Shown: one piece after another, positions 23,031 to 34,875 of the stretch | Layout of the letters: every line of letters starts with the position of its first letter | Position numbering within the stretch: the stretch's first letter is position 1 | DNA from: Octopus bimaculoides | Taxonomy: Eukaryota | Length of the DNA: 45,763 nucleotides | Direction of reading: 5' to 3' | NCBI RefSeq assembly: GCF_001194135.2 | Contig: NC_068989.1 | Location: forward strand, 23,505,432-23,551,194 | Notes under the pieces: model-generated | What the model saw: only the letters and a program-made list of their open reading frames with translations | What the model was told of the DNA's origin: nothing | Database searches by the model: none | Made by a program: the position numbers and the translations under genes

Positions 23031-23254
23031 AAAACATACACATCTGTACATATGCATACATACATGTATGTATTCATACACACATAAATTCTTACATACA
23101 CACGTAGAAATTCATACATACAAACATATCATACACACATATACCTAAATACATAATACATACATACATCCAAACATATATATGCATACATACATACATA
23201 CATACATACATACATACATACATGTACGCATGCATGCATTAATACATATATACA

Positions 23255-23760
23255 TTATACATACATATATGGTGATTGCTTCATCTTTGCAGATGATTGC
23301 CATCTCCCCATGTACCCCCATCAACCATCACTAGCTCCAAACGCCAGTCCATGACCCCTTAGATGGCTTTTAAGTCCTGCATCAGATTTACACGGCTTGT
23401 AGAAAACGTGACAGACAAAAGATGCTGGTCAGCTTTTGGGATGTCATCTTTATGTACCCTCATATGCCTTTTAAGACCAGATATTGATTTTCAGATCTTT
23501 TTGCGCACCACGCATGTTGTCTCACCTAGCATTGGAGGGATAGAGCTGCATACAATTATCTTTTTATGTGATTTTAAATGAGTGACTTAACCAGATTTGG
23601 GGAGCAGTAAACAACCACACACCTCACAAATCCAGCTCACTATGTTCTTATTGATGTTCATACTGTGGCCTTTTCAAAGTTGGCGTTTAACTTGGGGTCC
23701 TTCACTCCCAGTGGATTTTCTTTTTAAAAGTTAGGTGGGGGAGCCACCATATCCGTTTTT
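23255..23760 (-). pseudogene. Probable RTE LINE 3' end with three degenerate C2H2-like fingers
   Basis: WICEVCGCLLLPKSG*VTHLKSH; TCVVRKKI*KSISGLKRHMRVH; FVCHVFYKPCKSDAGLKSHLRGH; no TGEKP linkers. Confidence 0.65.
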
Positions 23761-23879
23761 CAAAAAAGAAGAAAAACACACAAACGCGCAATCAATCCTA
23801 TATACACAAACCACAGCCACGCATCAATATATACAATAAATAAGAATATATAAAAACCATATGTACATATTTACACATG

Positions 23880-24057
23880 TTTGTTGGATGGTCGTTGACT
23901 ACTCCGCCCTTTGGTGGGTCTTAATTTTCGTCCTGCAGGGTGTCCAGTGATCACCCTCCTCACCAAGCAAACCTATTGGGGTTGTCAGTTTAGTCACCGA
24001 CGACCCGACCATGCAACAGGTTGTACTGGATTACAGGAGCACTCAAGAGTGACCTGA
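23880..24057 (-). mobile_element. Possible RTE LINE 5' UTR fragment
   Basis: Minus strand gtttgcttggtgaggagggtgatcactggacaccctgcaggacgaaaattaagacccaccaaagggcgga resembles RTE 5' leaders as I recall them; no ORF. Confidence 0.4.
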
Positions 24058-24093
24058 CATACATACATACATACATACATACATACATACATA

Positions 24094-24590
24094 ACAAAGA
24101 AGAGAGAGTATGTACTGTGCTAAGCATAGAGATCAACGTAAAAGAAAACTCATGTTGAATTATTGAGAAATGTACAGATACTCCACCGGACTACATGTTT
24201 ATAATTATATCTGAAATTGCTGGGGCATTTGGATACATAAACTACTGCCTAAGGACCAATCTTGCGAAATTAGGGTTCTTAAAACTAGAAAGGAGAAAAC
24301 TAATTAAACAATTACAGATACAGGCCATCAATGGAATTGTCGAAATATTTAAACCTTTCTAAAAGTTTATCATATAAATACATGGACATGTCTAGTTATG
24401 CAACAATATGTATGAATGCACAAGCATAACACAAGACTTGTAGATTTTCAGAAGCACTGTTGCAGATACTCGTACAAATATACACATACATGCACAACTA
24501 TCTTCTTGAAATTTCAACGAAGGTGACCAGGTTGTAAGTTAGAAACCGGTTCTTTCATTTAGAAATAAAACTAAATGATTGCATACATAC
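24094..24590 (+). mobile_element. RLE LINE 3' end (same family as 22431-23030), 5'-truncated at (CATA)n
   Basis: gaattattgagaaat, actgccta..accaatctt, gaaaggagaaaactaatt, catgtctag.tatgcaac and terminal ttagaaacc.g are shared with other copies. Confidence 0.8.
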
Positions 24591-24673
24591 TTATATACTT
24601 ACAAACATATATACACACGTATATAAATACATGTATACAGATGTATATACATACATGCAGAGAGATAGAGATA

Positions 24674-26064
24674 ACTTTCTTTATTGGCCACACAGGGCTG
24701 AACATAGAGGGAACAAATATAATGTAGAGTTTTTCGGGGGGGGGGGGGCGCGAAAAACAAACAAAATAATAAAAAAAAAAACGAAATTGTGGACAAAGAT
24801 CAAAAGGGATCGAAATCGTTTGAGATACAAACAAAAAAAAATTGAAGTAATACAAAAAGTTCCCCAAAAATGGGAAGGTTTATCCGTGGAAAGAAAAACC
24901 TACGAAAAGACCACGGTAACCTCGGGCAATGATGTCACATAATAACATATTTATTTACAAGTAAGTAATTCTCTGTTTTAACTTTTTTTTCTGGTTCATA
25001 AGATCATGCTCAGGTGGCTTCGTCATTTACACGTGCCATCCTTGCTACATTCACCCATCTTTTTTTTAAACATTCACTAGACAAAACTTGCCTCTCTACT
25101 CTCATCTTCCTTTTCAAGTGATACTTGAAAAAGTTGATGAGAGATTGACCAGAGAGGAAAGTGTTTGTCTCTAATCCTTTCAGACGTGTCCACCAGACAT
25201 TCTTTCGCCATAGCCACAAGTACGATGAAAATAGCTCTTCCTTCCTGTTTGAAGGAAGGAGGCGCGACAATATCGACGATAGAATCGGCTGATAAACCGA
25301 CTCGTCCCACACGTGACAGCAGTCGTTCGACACAGGTCGTGCAGAACGGTTTCGTCGCTCTGACCGCACCTCGAGCAGGTAGGCCCGGTGTTTCTCGAGC
25401 CGTGCCTGTAGAGCTTATCCCGAACGGGTAGCGCTTCACGATAGCACTGCCAAGCCAGGGATCTCTAGAAGTTGTTCATAGGTACCGACGCGAAAGTCGT
25501 CTTGAACAGGCGGGTCAGGTATTCCTCGTCGACGCCCAGGTTCGCTCCGAGATCGTCGTCGTACCTCCCCTCCACTAATCCCTATAGAATGCTTTGGTTG
25601 TGATGCAGTCGCTCAAAGGTCGACCTGGGACGGCAGAGTTGCTCCAGAGCAACGCGACACTCGCGGTGCCATTCGCCCTTGCTCGGCCTCTTCTTCATCC
25701 ACGACNNNNNNNNNNNNNNNNNNNNNNNNNNNNNNNNNNNNNNNNNNNNNNNNNNNNNNNNNNNNNNNNNNCTGCAGGAAAGCGCGTCACACAAACGGCG
25801 ACCACACCTGTCCACCGTCGTCTACGTAGAGCCAGAGATGTCGCAGTCTCAGCGCATGTCTGCGCATCATCAACCACGGCATGCCCAGCCCTCCTTTCAG
25901 CGGGTGTTTGCTGCAAACGGATCGCCTGACCATCGGAACGCTTCCTTTCCACAAGAAGCGGAAGAGGACGCGTTCCAGTTTGGTGATGGTAGGGCCGGGA
26001 CAAGGCACGACGGTCAGGCGGTAGTTGAGGATGGATGCGATGTACGCGTTCGCCACCTCTGCCC
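24674..26064 (-). mobile_element. 5'-truncated Tx1/L1-clade LINE (ORF2 C-terminal part plus 3' UTR)
   Basis: YIASILNYRLTV, LERVLFRFLWKG, HPLKGGLGMP, VERLLSRVGRV, FFKYHLKRKMRVERQVLS; AATAAA near the 3' end; candidate 11 bp TSD agatagagata at 24663-24673 and 26065-26075. Confidence 0.85.
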
Positions 26065-27403
26065 AGATAGAGATAGCTTCAGTGAAAGATAGATAGGTAG
26101 AAATATTAATAGAGACAGATAGAGATAAATGAATAGATAGATAGATAGAGAGATAGAGATAGAGAGAGAGAAAGACAGAAAGCGGGAGGGGTAGAGGGAA
26201 AGAGAACTGATGCTGCAGATAATTTTGATATCGAGGACAATAAACGTTCTACAAAATTATCTTAAAACTGAAAGGGTAAACGAGTTGCACGAAAAATGAG
26301 TAGCTTAAGATCGCCCCAGCCCGCTTAAAAACGTAACAAAAACAATAACAATATAATTTTATTATATTCTTGTAGTGAATGTTATGGCCATTTAAATAAA
26401 TTCTAGGACTGGAATCATAACATAGATTGATAGATAAATAGATAGATATATAGATAGATAAATACATATATATTGTATATTTACACACACACACACACCT
26501 ACCCCCACACACGAACCCCCATATATATATATATATGCATATATATGTATATATATATATATGTTTATATATACATACATTCACACATAGATGTTCAACC
26601 GTTCAGATACGTATACTCAAACGCATACATATACTTTCATAGACGCAAATACATCAAGACTCACAAGAAAAACCAAAATTATTTGTTTTTCATCATTCTT
26701 TGCGTTTGGCCAACGAAAGCAATAATTTCCTACAACAGACATGTGATGGAACTGGTCGTAAAATATTGGGAATCATAATTATTATATTATTTCAATTTCG
26801 ATGTTTCTTTTAATATTCTTAAGTTCTGATCAATATTCAAAGATAAAGTGATGTCTTCAGGATATGCAGTTTAGGCTTTTAAAACTTCTCATAATCATAA
26901 AAGACTTTCAGACGTATTCTAACTCAAAGATAATTTACTCGCATATACATGTACGTACATACATGCATACATACATACCTACCTACCTACCTACATACAT
27001 ACATACATACATACATACATACATACATACAAACGTACATGCAAGCATCCATCCAGCTGTGTATGGCATGTATATATATACATAATATGTATGTATGTAT
27101 GTATGTATATATATATATATATATATATATCCTGCCATCTCTACTCTCACTCTATCTCTTTCTCTACTCTTACTCTCTCTTTCCCTCTTGCTCTATCTTT
27201 TTCCACCTCTACTCTTTCTCTATCACTTTCTCCACTCTTACCCTCTCTTTCCGCTGTAGCTTGTTCGGCGGTGTTCGGCGAAGGCGGTGTTGTTCATTTG
27301 CGTCCTACCTTTGACCTGACTGGTCATTCCTGGCTTCGGCTCCCGCTGTGTCCTCTAGGTCGTTCGATAGCTGCACAGCTCTCTCTGTTGTATTTGTGGT
27401 ATA

Positions 27404-27780
27404 CTTTTATTTGTTTCAGTCATTTGATTGCAGCCATGCTGGAGTACTGCCTTTAGTCGAGCAAATCGTCTTCTGGACTTATTATTTGTAAGTCTAGTAC
27501 TTATCCTATCGCTCTCTTTTTCCGAACCGCTAAGTTACGGGGACGTTAATACACAACATCGACTGTCAAGCGATGGTAGGGTTACAAACATAGACAGACA
27601 AACACCCCCCCCCCACACACACACATACGATGGGCTTCTTTCAGTTTCCGTCTACCAAATCCACTCACACGACTTTGGTCGGCCCGAGGCTATAGTAGAA
27701 GACACTTGCCCAAGGTGCCACGAGTGGGAGTGAACCCGGGACCATGTAGTTTGTAAGCAAGCTACTTACCACACATTCCC
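27404..27780 (-). mobile_element. SINE family B, essentially full length
   Basis: Minus strand: tgtggtaagtagcttgctt..gggttcactccc (B-box-like), ggcaccttgggcaagtgtcttctactatagcctcgggccgacc, gaagccc, internal (TG)n/(G)n slot, cgcttgacagtcgatg, tail gactgaaacaaataaaag. Confidence 0.9.
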
Positions 27781-28124
27781 GTTGTATATAGCTGTAAGGT
27801 ATCGTGCTGTTATGTATGCATAATTCTTTGTTGTATTTATCTAATATCTTGTTTGTTTCTGTCTTAGTAAACATTCGCTAGCTTTTCCCCAGTAGCTTTA
27901 TAAAAAGTACTGGCACCAGAAAAATTGAGTGGTATCAATGGTAATTGGCGCGAAACTGCCATGGTATTTTGCTTCATTGACTGAAAAAGAAAACTCAGCT
28001 GCGAATATTCCGTGTGCCGTGTCTTTGTCTAATTTCCCGTCCGTTAAGCTTTCGTCTAGCTTCCTGTTTGCTCTGCTTTCGTTCTTTCTGTTCAACCCTT
28101 GATATATATATACCTAGTTGAAAT

Positions 28125-28240
28125 TTGCAGAAAAACAAAAGGCGAAGATAGGTGTATAAACAACAAACAGGTGTATTAGTTTAACGCTGGGGAAGGTGAG
28201 AAAATCTTTTACGTTTCGAGCCTACGCTCTTCATATAGCG
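28125..28240 (-). mobile_element. Penelope-like pLTR fragment with degenerate hammerhead-like motif
   Basis: Minus strand TGAAGAgcgtaggctcGAAAcgta; aggtgtattagttt..tttcgagcctac.ctcttca is shared with 43985-44060. Confidence 0.5.
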
Positions 28241-28965
28241 GCGTACGTAGACACTTGCGCTCACTTTATATATATATATATANNNNNNNNNNNNNNNNNN
28301 NNNNNNNNNNNNNNNNNNNNNNNNNNNNNNNNNNNNNNNNNNNNNNNNNNNNNNNNNNNNNNNNNNNNNNNNNNNNNNNNNNNNNNNNNNNNNNNNNNNN
28401 NNNNNNNNNNNNNNNNNNNNNNNNNNNNNNNNNNNNNNNNNNNNNNNNNNNNNNGAATAAAGAACGCGAGGACGTGGTACAAGCAAAGTTTTATAAGACG
28501 CTCAGGGTGTTTTTGCGTTTCGAGCAAAGATCTTCTTCGGAAACAGGAGACAGAGGAAAGTCCAAGAGAAAAGGAAGACGGAGGAAGAAAATCGCCAACA
28601 AACCACATGTAGTTGCATTTTGGTATGACCGGAAGAGAATGGGCAAAGAAAAAGTTCTTCCTAAGACAGAAAAGTGTAAGAGAAAGAGTTATCTGTGTGT
28701 ATGCGTGGGTATACTCGCGCGCGTGTGTGATAGCATGTATGTGTGTGTGTGTGTGTTATGCGGGTTGTGGTAACGATGTGTGTTTGTGTGTGGTGTCAAC
28801 TGTTTATATGTGTATGTGTGAGTTACCTTTGTGTCTGTTAATTTTGTAGGAAGAATTCAGCAGCTGTTGTAACCAGAGTGGTGGTCTTTTGTGTAGTTGT
28901 GTATTTTTGCGCACGTGCGGAGATGGGATGGTAAGTGGTAGGGTGTTTGAGAGGCCGTCTGAAGG

Positions 28966-29249
28966 GTGAGCATGTGTGTGTATGTATGTGTGTACGTGTA
29001 TGTGTATGCGTGTATGCATGTGTGTATGTATGTGTGTGCGTGTATGTACGAGTGTGTGTGTGTATGTGAGTGTATGCGTGTGTGTGCGTGTATGTACGAG
29101 TGTGTGTGTGTTTGTGTGTGCGTGTGTGTATGTGCGTGTGTGTATGCATGTGTGTATATGTGTGCGTGTATGTACGTGTGTGTATATACGCACACAAACA
29201 CACACACACACACACACACATATATACACACATATATATATACACACAC

Positions 29250-29291
<42 letters not shown>

Positions 29292-29295
29292 TGTA
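28966..29295. repeat. Compound (TG)n/(TATG)n/(CA)n/(TA)n microsatellite
   Basis: Direct reading. Confidence 0.95.
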
Positions 29296-29450
29296 TATAA
29301 TAGTGATATAGGCATATAGACAATTATTTACATTCATATGTAGTTACGGACATATGTACATACAAACGTATGTAATCAGATAATATATATAGACATATAC
29401 TCATAAAAGTTCGTTCATGTATGCATGCATACACTTTCATATGTATATTC

Positions 29451-29509
29451 TTTTATTCTCTATTCTTTTATTTGTTTCAGTCATTTGACTGTGGCCATGC
29501 TGGAGCACT
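29451..29509 (-). mobile_element. SINE family B extreme 3' end
   Basis: ttttatttgtttcagtcatttgactgtggccatgctggagcac. Confidence 0.8.
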
Positions 29510-29514
29510 AGGAA

Positions 29515-29905
29515 AGTATGTACCGTCATAGATGTCAGCTGTCCTGTTGATGTGAATATATCTCGAAAACCAAAGAGGTAGAAAACTACTTCGAAACCTT
29601 CATCTTCTATACTCAGATTATATTATAAATGCACATTTATAGAGATGATAATTAGTGCGCTTAGTTTTGTCAGTGAATGCCTAAGTGGCAAGCTGGAAAA
29701 GTTAAGAATTTCAAAAGAAAACAAAATTAAATCAAACAGCTGACACATCACAGATACAGTGTCTATGCGGAACGGAAAAAAAAAGAAGACTTTCTTCAAA
29801 TTAAAAATGCGAATTTTTTTATCCACATTCCAGCGATAAGGCTTTCTATCTTTGTTAGAAACCAGCTCCTTCTTTACACGTTTTCAAATAATAAAAAGTA
29901 GAAAA
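29515..29905 (+). mobile_element. RLE LINE 3' end plus 3' UTR
   Basis: CTVIDVSCPVDVNISRK; aactacttcgaaac shared with ~20285; terminal ttagaaaccagctcc block followed by catacacacatac. Confidence 0.75.
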
Positions 29906-30539
29906 TAACATACACACATACGTTATATCTATATGCATATATGTACACACACAAATAGATTATATGCACGCATATTTCTATTAATATATTAAAATGCATA
30001 AATGCAAACACGTTATCGTAGATTTCTATTTTGCCTTTTTCTTTTATCATCAAATATTATCATGAATAGAAAAGAAAATGCAGGAAACCACTTTGTTTTA
30101 AGCACGACAAAAGATGTAAAGAAAATGGTACTGAAGTAGTTCTTTCAACAGAAGATTAAATTTTTGTTTTCCCTAGTCAAAAAGAAACAATGGATAAAAG
30201 AAAATAGTTAACGCTGACGTCAAATGATCAGTTTTAGTCCAGGATACACTTATTTTCTATTCACTTCTTTATTTACTTATTATTTATTTATTACGTTATT
30301 GTTTGTTAAAGAAAAAAGCAGAAACGCTTTTCACCTAAAATATTTTATTCGGATTTTATAAATAAGACTTTCAAAACAGCGTAAATGTATTTTTTCAGCT
30401 TGCTTTTTTATTTTGTTAAATAGAGAAAGAAATTTCTGTGCAACTTTAAGTGAAAGAAATGATAAATCTTTAATGATATATTCCTGATAAGAATCATATA
30501 AAATAATTGACTGGATATTGTATTGGGTTTTCTGTTCAT

Positions 30540-30870
30540 AGGAGTTCGGTAAATTTTCTGTACAGAATATCGTACTCCTCTCTCAGTTTACCTTAGTTGT
30601 CAGGAACTTATCATCCGCTTTAATACCAACACCTGATTCTTGGCTTTTCTTTTTTTCACTGAACTCATTCTATTCAAAAGAAGTATTCGGAGCAATTATA
30701 CGATATTTTAACTTGTCACTTCCTACTGCAGTAACCCCTCCGCCGAGGTTTCTTCCTCACTTTCCCAATCAGTCTCGGGAAATTCTTAAAAAGTCATAGA
30801 AGCAGTTCTTCTTCTGTCTAAGTCATAAAAAAAATAAGTAATCATTTCAGACCAATAACAGACCAGTGTT
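30540..30870 (-). pseudogene. Possible APE endonuclease remnant of a CR1/L2-type LINE
   Basis: Minus strand FYDFLRISRD*LGK*GRNLGGGVTAVGSDKLKYRII resembles the R.DR..R.GGGV motif; heavily decayed. Confidence 0.35.
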
Positions 30871-31910
30871 CAATAGTCTTCTCGGCTTTTGGTGTGATTA
30901 GATCTAAACTTTGTCGTTATTACAAGCTGTATGTCATAGCTTGTATACAATTGCTAATTGAATAAAAGGTCTCTCTCGCACAGATCATCCACCAACCAGT
31001 TTGACGCTGGATATTGAACTCAGCCTCGAAGGATTACGTCCATGTGCTCAATGTGATTAGTTCTGTCACTATTAACACTTTGTAATTAAAAATCAAAATG
31101 AAAGCATTTCCTCTTTTACTTCATTTTTTTTGCGGATTCAGTAGTCAGTCTCAGACCTCTATAATATTAGACTGTCTGACTATTAACTGGAAAATTTATG
31201 GCTTGAATTCCATTAACGGAATTGTGAAATATCTGTGGCAAAAATGCTTAAAAGATTACCTAACTTTAACCTGATATCGTCTGATGAGCAAAGTCTACTC
31301 TATAATAAACGAGTGTTTCCTTTATATTGTAACATTGTAACTGTATACTTCTCCATCTAGGCAGACACGTGTCTCCTTTTCTCGTACCCACCCCTACTGT
31401 GTCTCTGTGTTTCACCTACCAGCTCCATCTCACACCAAACTCAATCCACAAGGATCACTCCCTCTCCAGAATTGCAGCCTTCAGGAATTGCACTCACCTA
31501 TTCATGCAAATCCTGCAGAAGCTGACTAATAAATATTCAAACAAAAAATAACTGTATCACTTGTGGGAAGGAGACTATCATAATGATAACGAGCTCTCAT
31601 CTTCTGAATATTTCATAAACAATTCATCTAAGAATCGATTGTATTTCTTTACGTCAGATTATGCTTTTGAAATAGAGTACTTCAAAATATAATCACACAA
31701 ATAGGACTAAAAATATTACTTTGATCATGGCTAGAATTGCTGAACGATCCTTGTTACATCTATGTTTTGGCTGATTGGTTCTTCGGTTGCTTTCAGACCT
31801 CTTTTCCTCTTTTAACTTCATACTGTATGGTTCACTGTATGTTTATAGAACCAGCAGTGTTCGATACAAAGGAACATTTACTGCTGGTCTAGAGATAAAA
31901 CACTCTGTGT

Positions 31911-31921
31911 TTCTATCTCTA

Positions 31922-31993
<72 letters not shown>

Positions 31994-32003
31994 CATATAT
32001 GTA

Positions 32004-32066
<63 letters not shown>

Positions 32067-32080
32067 TTCTATATATATAT
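31911..32080. repeat. (TCTG)n-(TC)n-(TATC)n compound microsatellite
   Basis: Direct reading. Confidence 0.95.
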
Positions 32081-32394
32081 AAATTATTGCGAGGATATAT
32101 ACCACTTAAAGGGATATTTGCATCCAAGTTCCTTCGGTTTTATCCAGTGTATCGGTGAAGTACTAAAAAGATGTTAGCTTCTCATCAATACAAATGGGTA
32201 CATTATCATTTATGCATAAGGAAAGAAAATGGAGAAATGTTCAATTAACTATATTCAAAATGCATATTTAATTTAATTATTTATTTGTGAAATGAAATTA
32301 ATTGAACATGGAAACAATTGTAGATTATAAGAAATTAATGTTATTCGAAATTGGAGTTAATAAATTGATGTGTATCTGTCGATTTTTACATTTT

Positions 32395-32442
<48 letters not shown>

Positions 32443-32877
32443 CACACATAAAAAAGTAAATATGTGAAGTATTATTACTGTTAAAAACAGTAATAATGAG
32501 GTGTCTAGCAAGACTTCTACCTAACAGGTATGATATAAAATATTTGAAGAAATATTTGTTGTCTTGCCCTACTTTGAGTATTACTGTGGACATGATTGAG
32601 TCAACAGCTATGTTTACTAGGCGTTCTGCCAAAACATCACGTGGAAACGATCAAGTAGTGAAAACTGCGATTCTGCCACAATCATCTAGGACATACCTGG
32701 ACAAACTGCTAAGAAACTTGGCAGGTGATGAATTCAGAACATAAAAAGATCACAACTAAATATTACATAGCAATTTGTTTGATACTCTACCGAATAATAA
32801 CAGCAATAATAATTTCTTTCTATTTAGGACAAAAGTTCACCCATTCGTTATAAAACGTACTACAAAAGTGGAGTTAC

Positions 32878-32920
<43 letters not shown>

Positions 32921-33185
32921 CAGGTGTTTGGGGAAAGATATAAAATAAAATATTTAGACAGTAAAACCGTAATCATTCACCCAGGTCTTCCTGGGTTAAT
33001 GATCACTCAATAGATTTGAATGCTGGGTAAATGTTTTGTTTTACATCAAAAAAATTATACAAGCCTTTCGAAACTGGTGGGTCGAATTCTATCGATTTCT
33101 TATCAATAATGTGCTTAACAGGTAATAGATAGAATTCAACTTACAAGTTGATTTGCTATCAATATACAGCCGGTCACTTGGAACC

Positions 33186-33992
33186 TGTATATTCACAGAT
33201 GACCTATTGCATAGTGACAGGTAACTTAATGTATATCGGTTGGTGCTCTACAGTATATTGATAGGTGAACTGTATGTTGAGTAATGACCTATATATTGAT
33301 ATCTGACCTCACTGTGTGTTGAGATAATCTCCTGTTTACTTACAGATGATCCACTGTATGTGTTGGGACTCCAAGGGTTCTGTCGAGGGTTCCAGTTGAT
33401 CCGATCAACGGAACAGCCTGCTCGTGAAATTAACGTGCAAGTGGCTGAGAACTCCACAGACACGTGTACCCTTAACGTAGTTCTCGGGGAGATTCTGCGT
33501 AATACAGAATGTGACAAGGCTGGGCCTTTCAAATACAGGTACAACAGAAACAGGAAGAAAGAGTGAGAGACAGTTGTGGTGAAAGAGTACAGCAGGATTC
33601 GCCACCACCCCCTGCCGGAGCCTTGTGGAACTTTAGGTGTTTTCGCTCAATAAACACTCACAATGCCCGGTCTGGGAATCGAAACTGTGATCCTACGAGT
33701 CCGCTGCCCTAATCACTGGGCCATTGCGCCTCCACTCCACTGTATATAGACAAAGATTTACGTACATTGGTAAATCACCAATTGTATAGTGACTTGTAAT
33801 TTACTGTATATCGAGACATATACTGTCAACCTTATATTGACAGTTGTCTTAATGTATACTGTAGGATGAAATACTATATATTGCCATCTGATCTGCTACA
33901 CAGACAGGAAGATCTACATTGTATTGTCATTTGACTTTCTGCATATTTGACAGGTGACCCTATGTATATTGACAAGTGGACCTATTGTATAC
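33186..33992. repeat. Degenerate ~19-23 bp minisatellite (approximate consensus tgtatattgacaggtgacctac) interrupted by a SINE
   Basis: Units such as tgtatattcacagatgacctat, tgcatagtgacaggtaacttaa, agtatattgataggtgaac and tgtatattgacaagtggacctat lie on both sides of the SINE. Confidence 0.65.
33360..33735 (-). mobile_element. tRNA-derived SINE, family C, full length, 10 bp TSD tccactgtat
   Basis: Minus-strand head gtggaggcgcaatggcccagtgattagggcagcggactcg..gtttcgattccc (A/B boxes); TSD at 33350-33359 and 33736-33745; highly similar to 35181-35567. Confidence 0.92.
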
Positions 33993-34139
33993 AAAAAGAA
34001 GTCATCTGAATTTTGAGTAAAATATTTCAAGTGTTAGTGCAAGCACATGAAGTGTTTTCAATTGAAACCTATAGCTTCATCTATAGCTTTTGTTTAGCGG
34101 GCAAAAAAATAAATTGCATGAACTAGATTGACAAATCAG

Positions 34140-34620
34140 GAAGTTGTCAGGTCGACTCTATATAACTAGCAAAGAGAGATGTAAAAGATTACTCTGTAAC
34201 ACTGAGAATATATTTGATAGAATAGAACTAAAGAAGTCGTTTGGAAACGGGAAGAGAAGCTCATATTTGGAACCAGAAAAATAGCGATGAATAATAATTA
34301 AATGTAAGAAAAGATTATATGGAAAAGAAAGAATGAAAAATCGGATAGAAACAATGTTATATGGGAAATTTGTCAGGTGAATAGAATTAAGAGAAGAACA
34401 GCAGTTGTGGGTTGTGAAAGGAAGACAAAAGACTTACAGAGAAATAGAAAATCTGCAATCTGATCATGGCTGTGTCAGAACAAGTGATTAACCCAAACAA
34501 CAAGGGAGTTGGGAATAAGTGTGAGAACTGTTGCCAAATAGATTAAAATGTCATTCGTATAATATATGAATGTAGAAAGATGTCAGAATAATGATATAAT
34601 AGAACATAGAGCACGACTGG
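34140..34620 (+). pseudogene. Decayed R4/Dong-type LINE fragment (post-RT region to CCHC)
   Basis: RLYITSKE, MLYGKFVR, LIMAVSEQVINPN, NKCENCCQID*NVIRIIYECRKM. Confidence 0.6.
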
Positions 34621-34736
34621 AGAAACTAGACTGGTTGGTTAGTAATAAGGTAAGATTTACATTAAGATTTTTAAAAAGGTGTTATTAGCATTACCTAGAT
34701 ACTTTGGTAGAGAATGAGTGTTCTTAGATTCGAGGG

Positions 34737-34875
34737 AGGGGTAAGTCAATTACATCGACCCACAAAGGATAAAAAACAAAGTCAACCTCAGCGAAATTTG
34801 AACTCAAAACGGAGCGACCGACGAAATGACGCTGAGCATTTTGCGTGGCGTACTAACGATTCTGCCAGCTCGCCG
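34737..34875 (-). mobile_element. SINE family A, internally deleted
   Basis: gtcaattacatcgaccc, aaagtcaacctcagcgaaatttgaactca, ctaacgattctgccagctcgcc. Confidence 0.85.

Noticed and set aside
27240-27400. GC-rich patch as a possible promoter/CpG island
   Set aside because: Only ~150 bp, with no downstream gene and no recognisable motif
27898-28095. Non-repetitive minus-strand ORF (..KLDKDTAHGIFAAEFSFSVNEAKYHGSFAPITIDTT..) as a host exon
   Set aside because: No recognised domain and weak splice signals; would need RNA-seq or BLAST
31281-31310. CTGATGAG motif as a hammerhead
   Set aside because: No stem II or GAAA partner downstream
31360-31551. Candidate exon after the polypyrimidine-AG at ~31360
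   Set aside because: No clear donor site, no recognisable protein, no neighbouring exons
31848-31892. accagcagt..actgctggt stem-loop as a pre-miRNA
   Set aside because: About 45 nt with an asymmetric bulge, too short for a typical pre-miRNA; no supporting data
32496-32744. 82 aa ORF in non-repetitive DNA
   Set aside because: No motif or homology recognised; length compatible with chance
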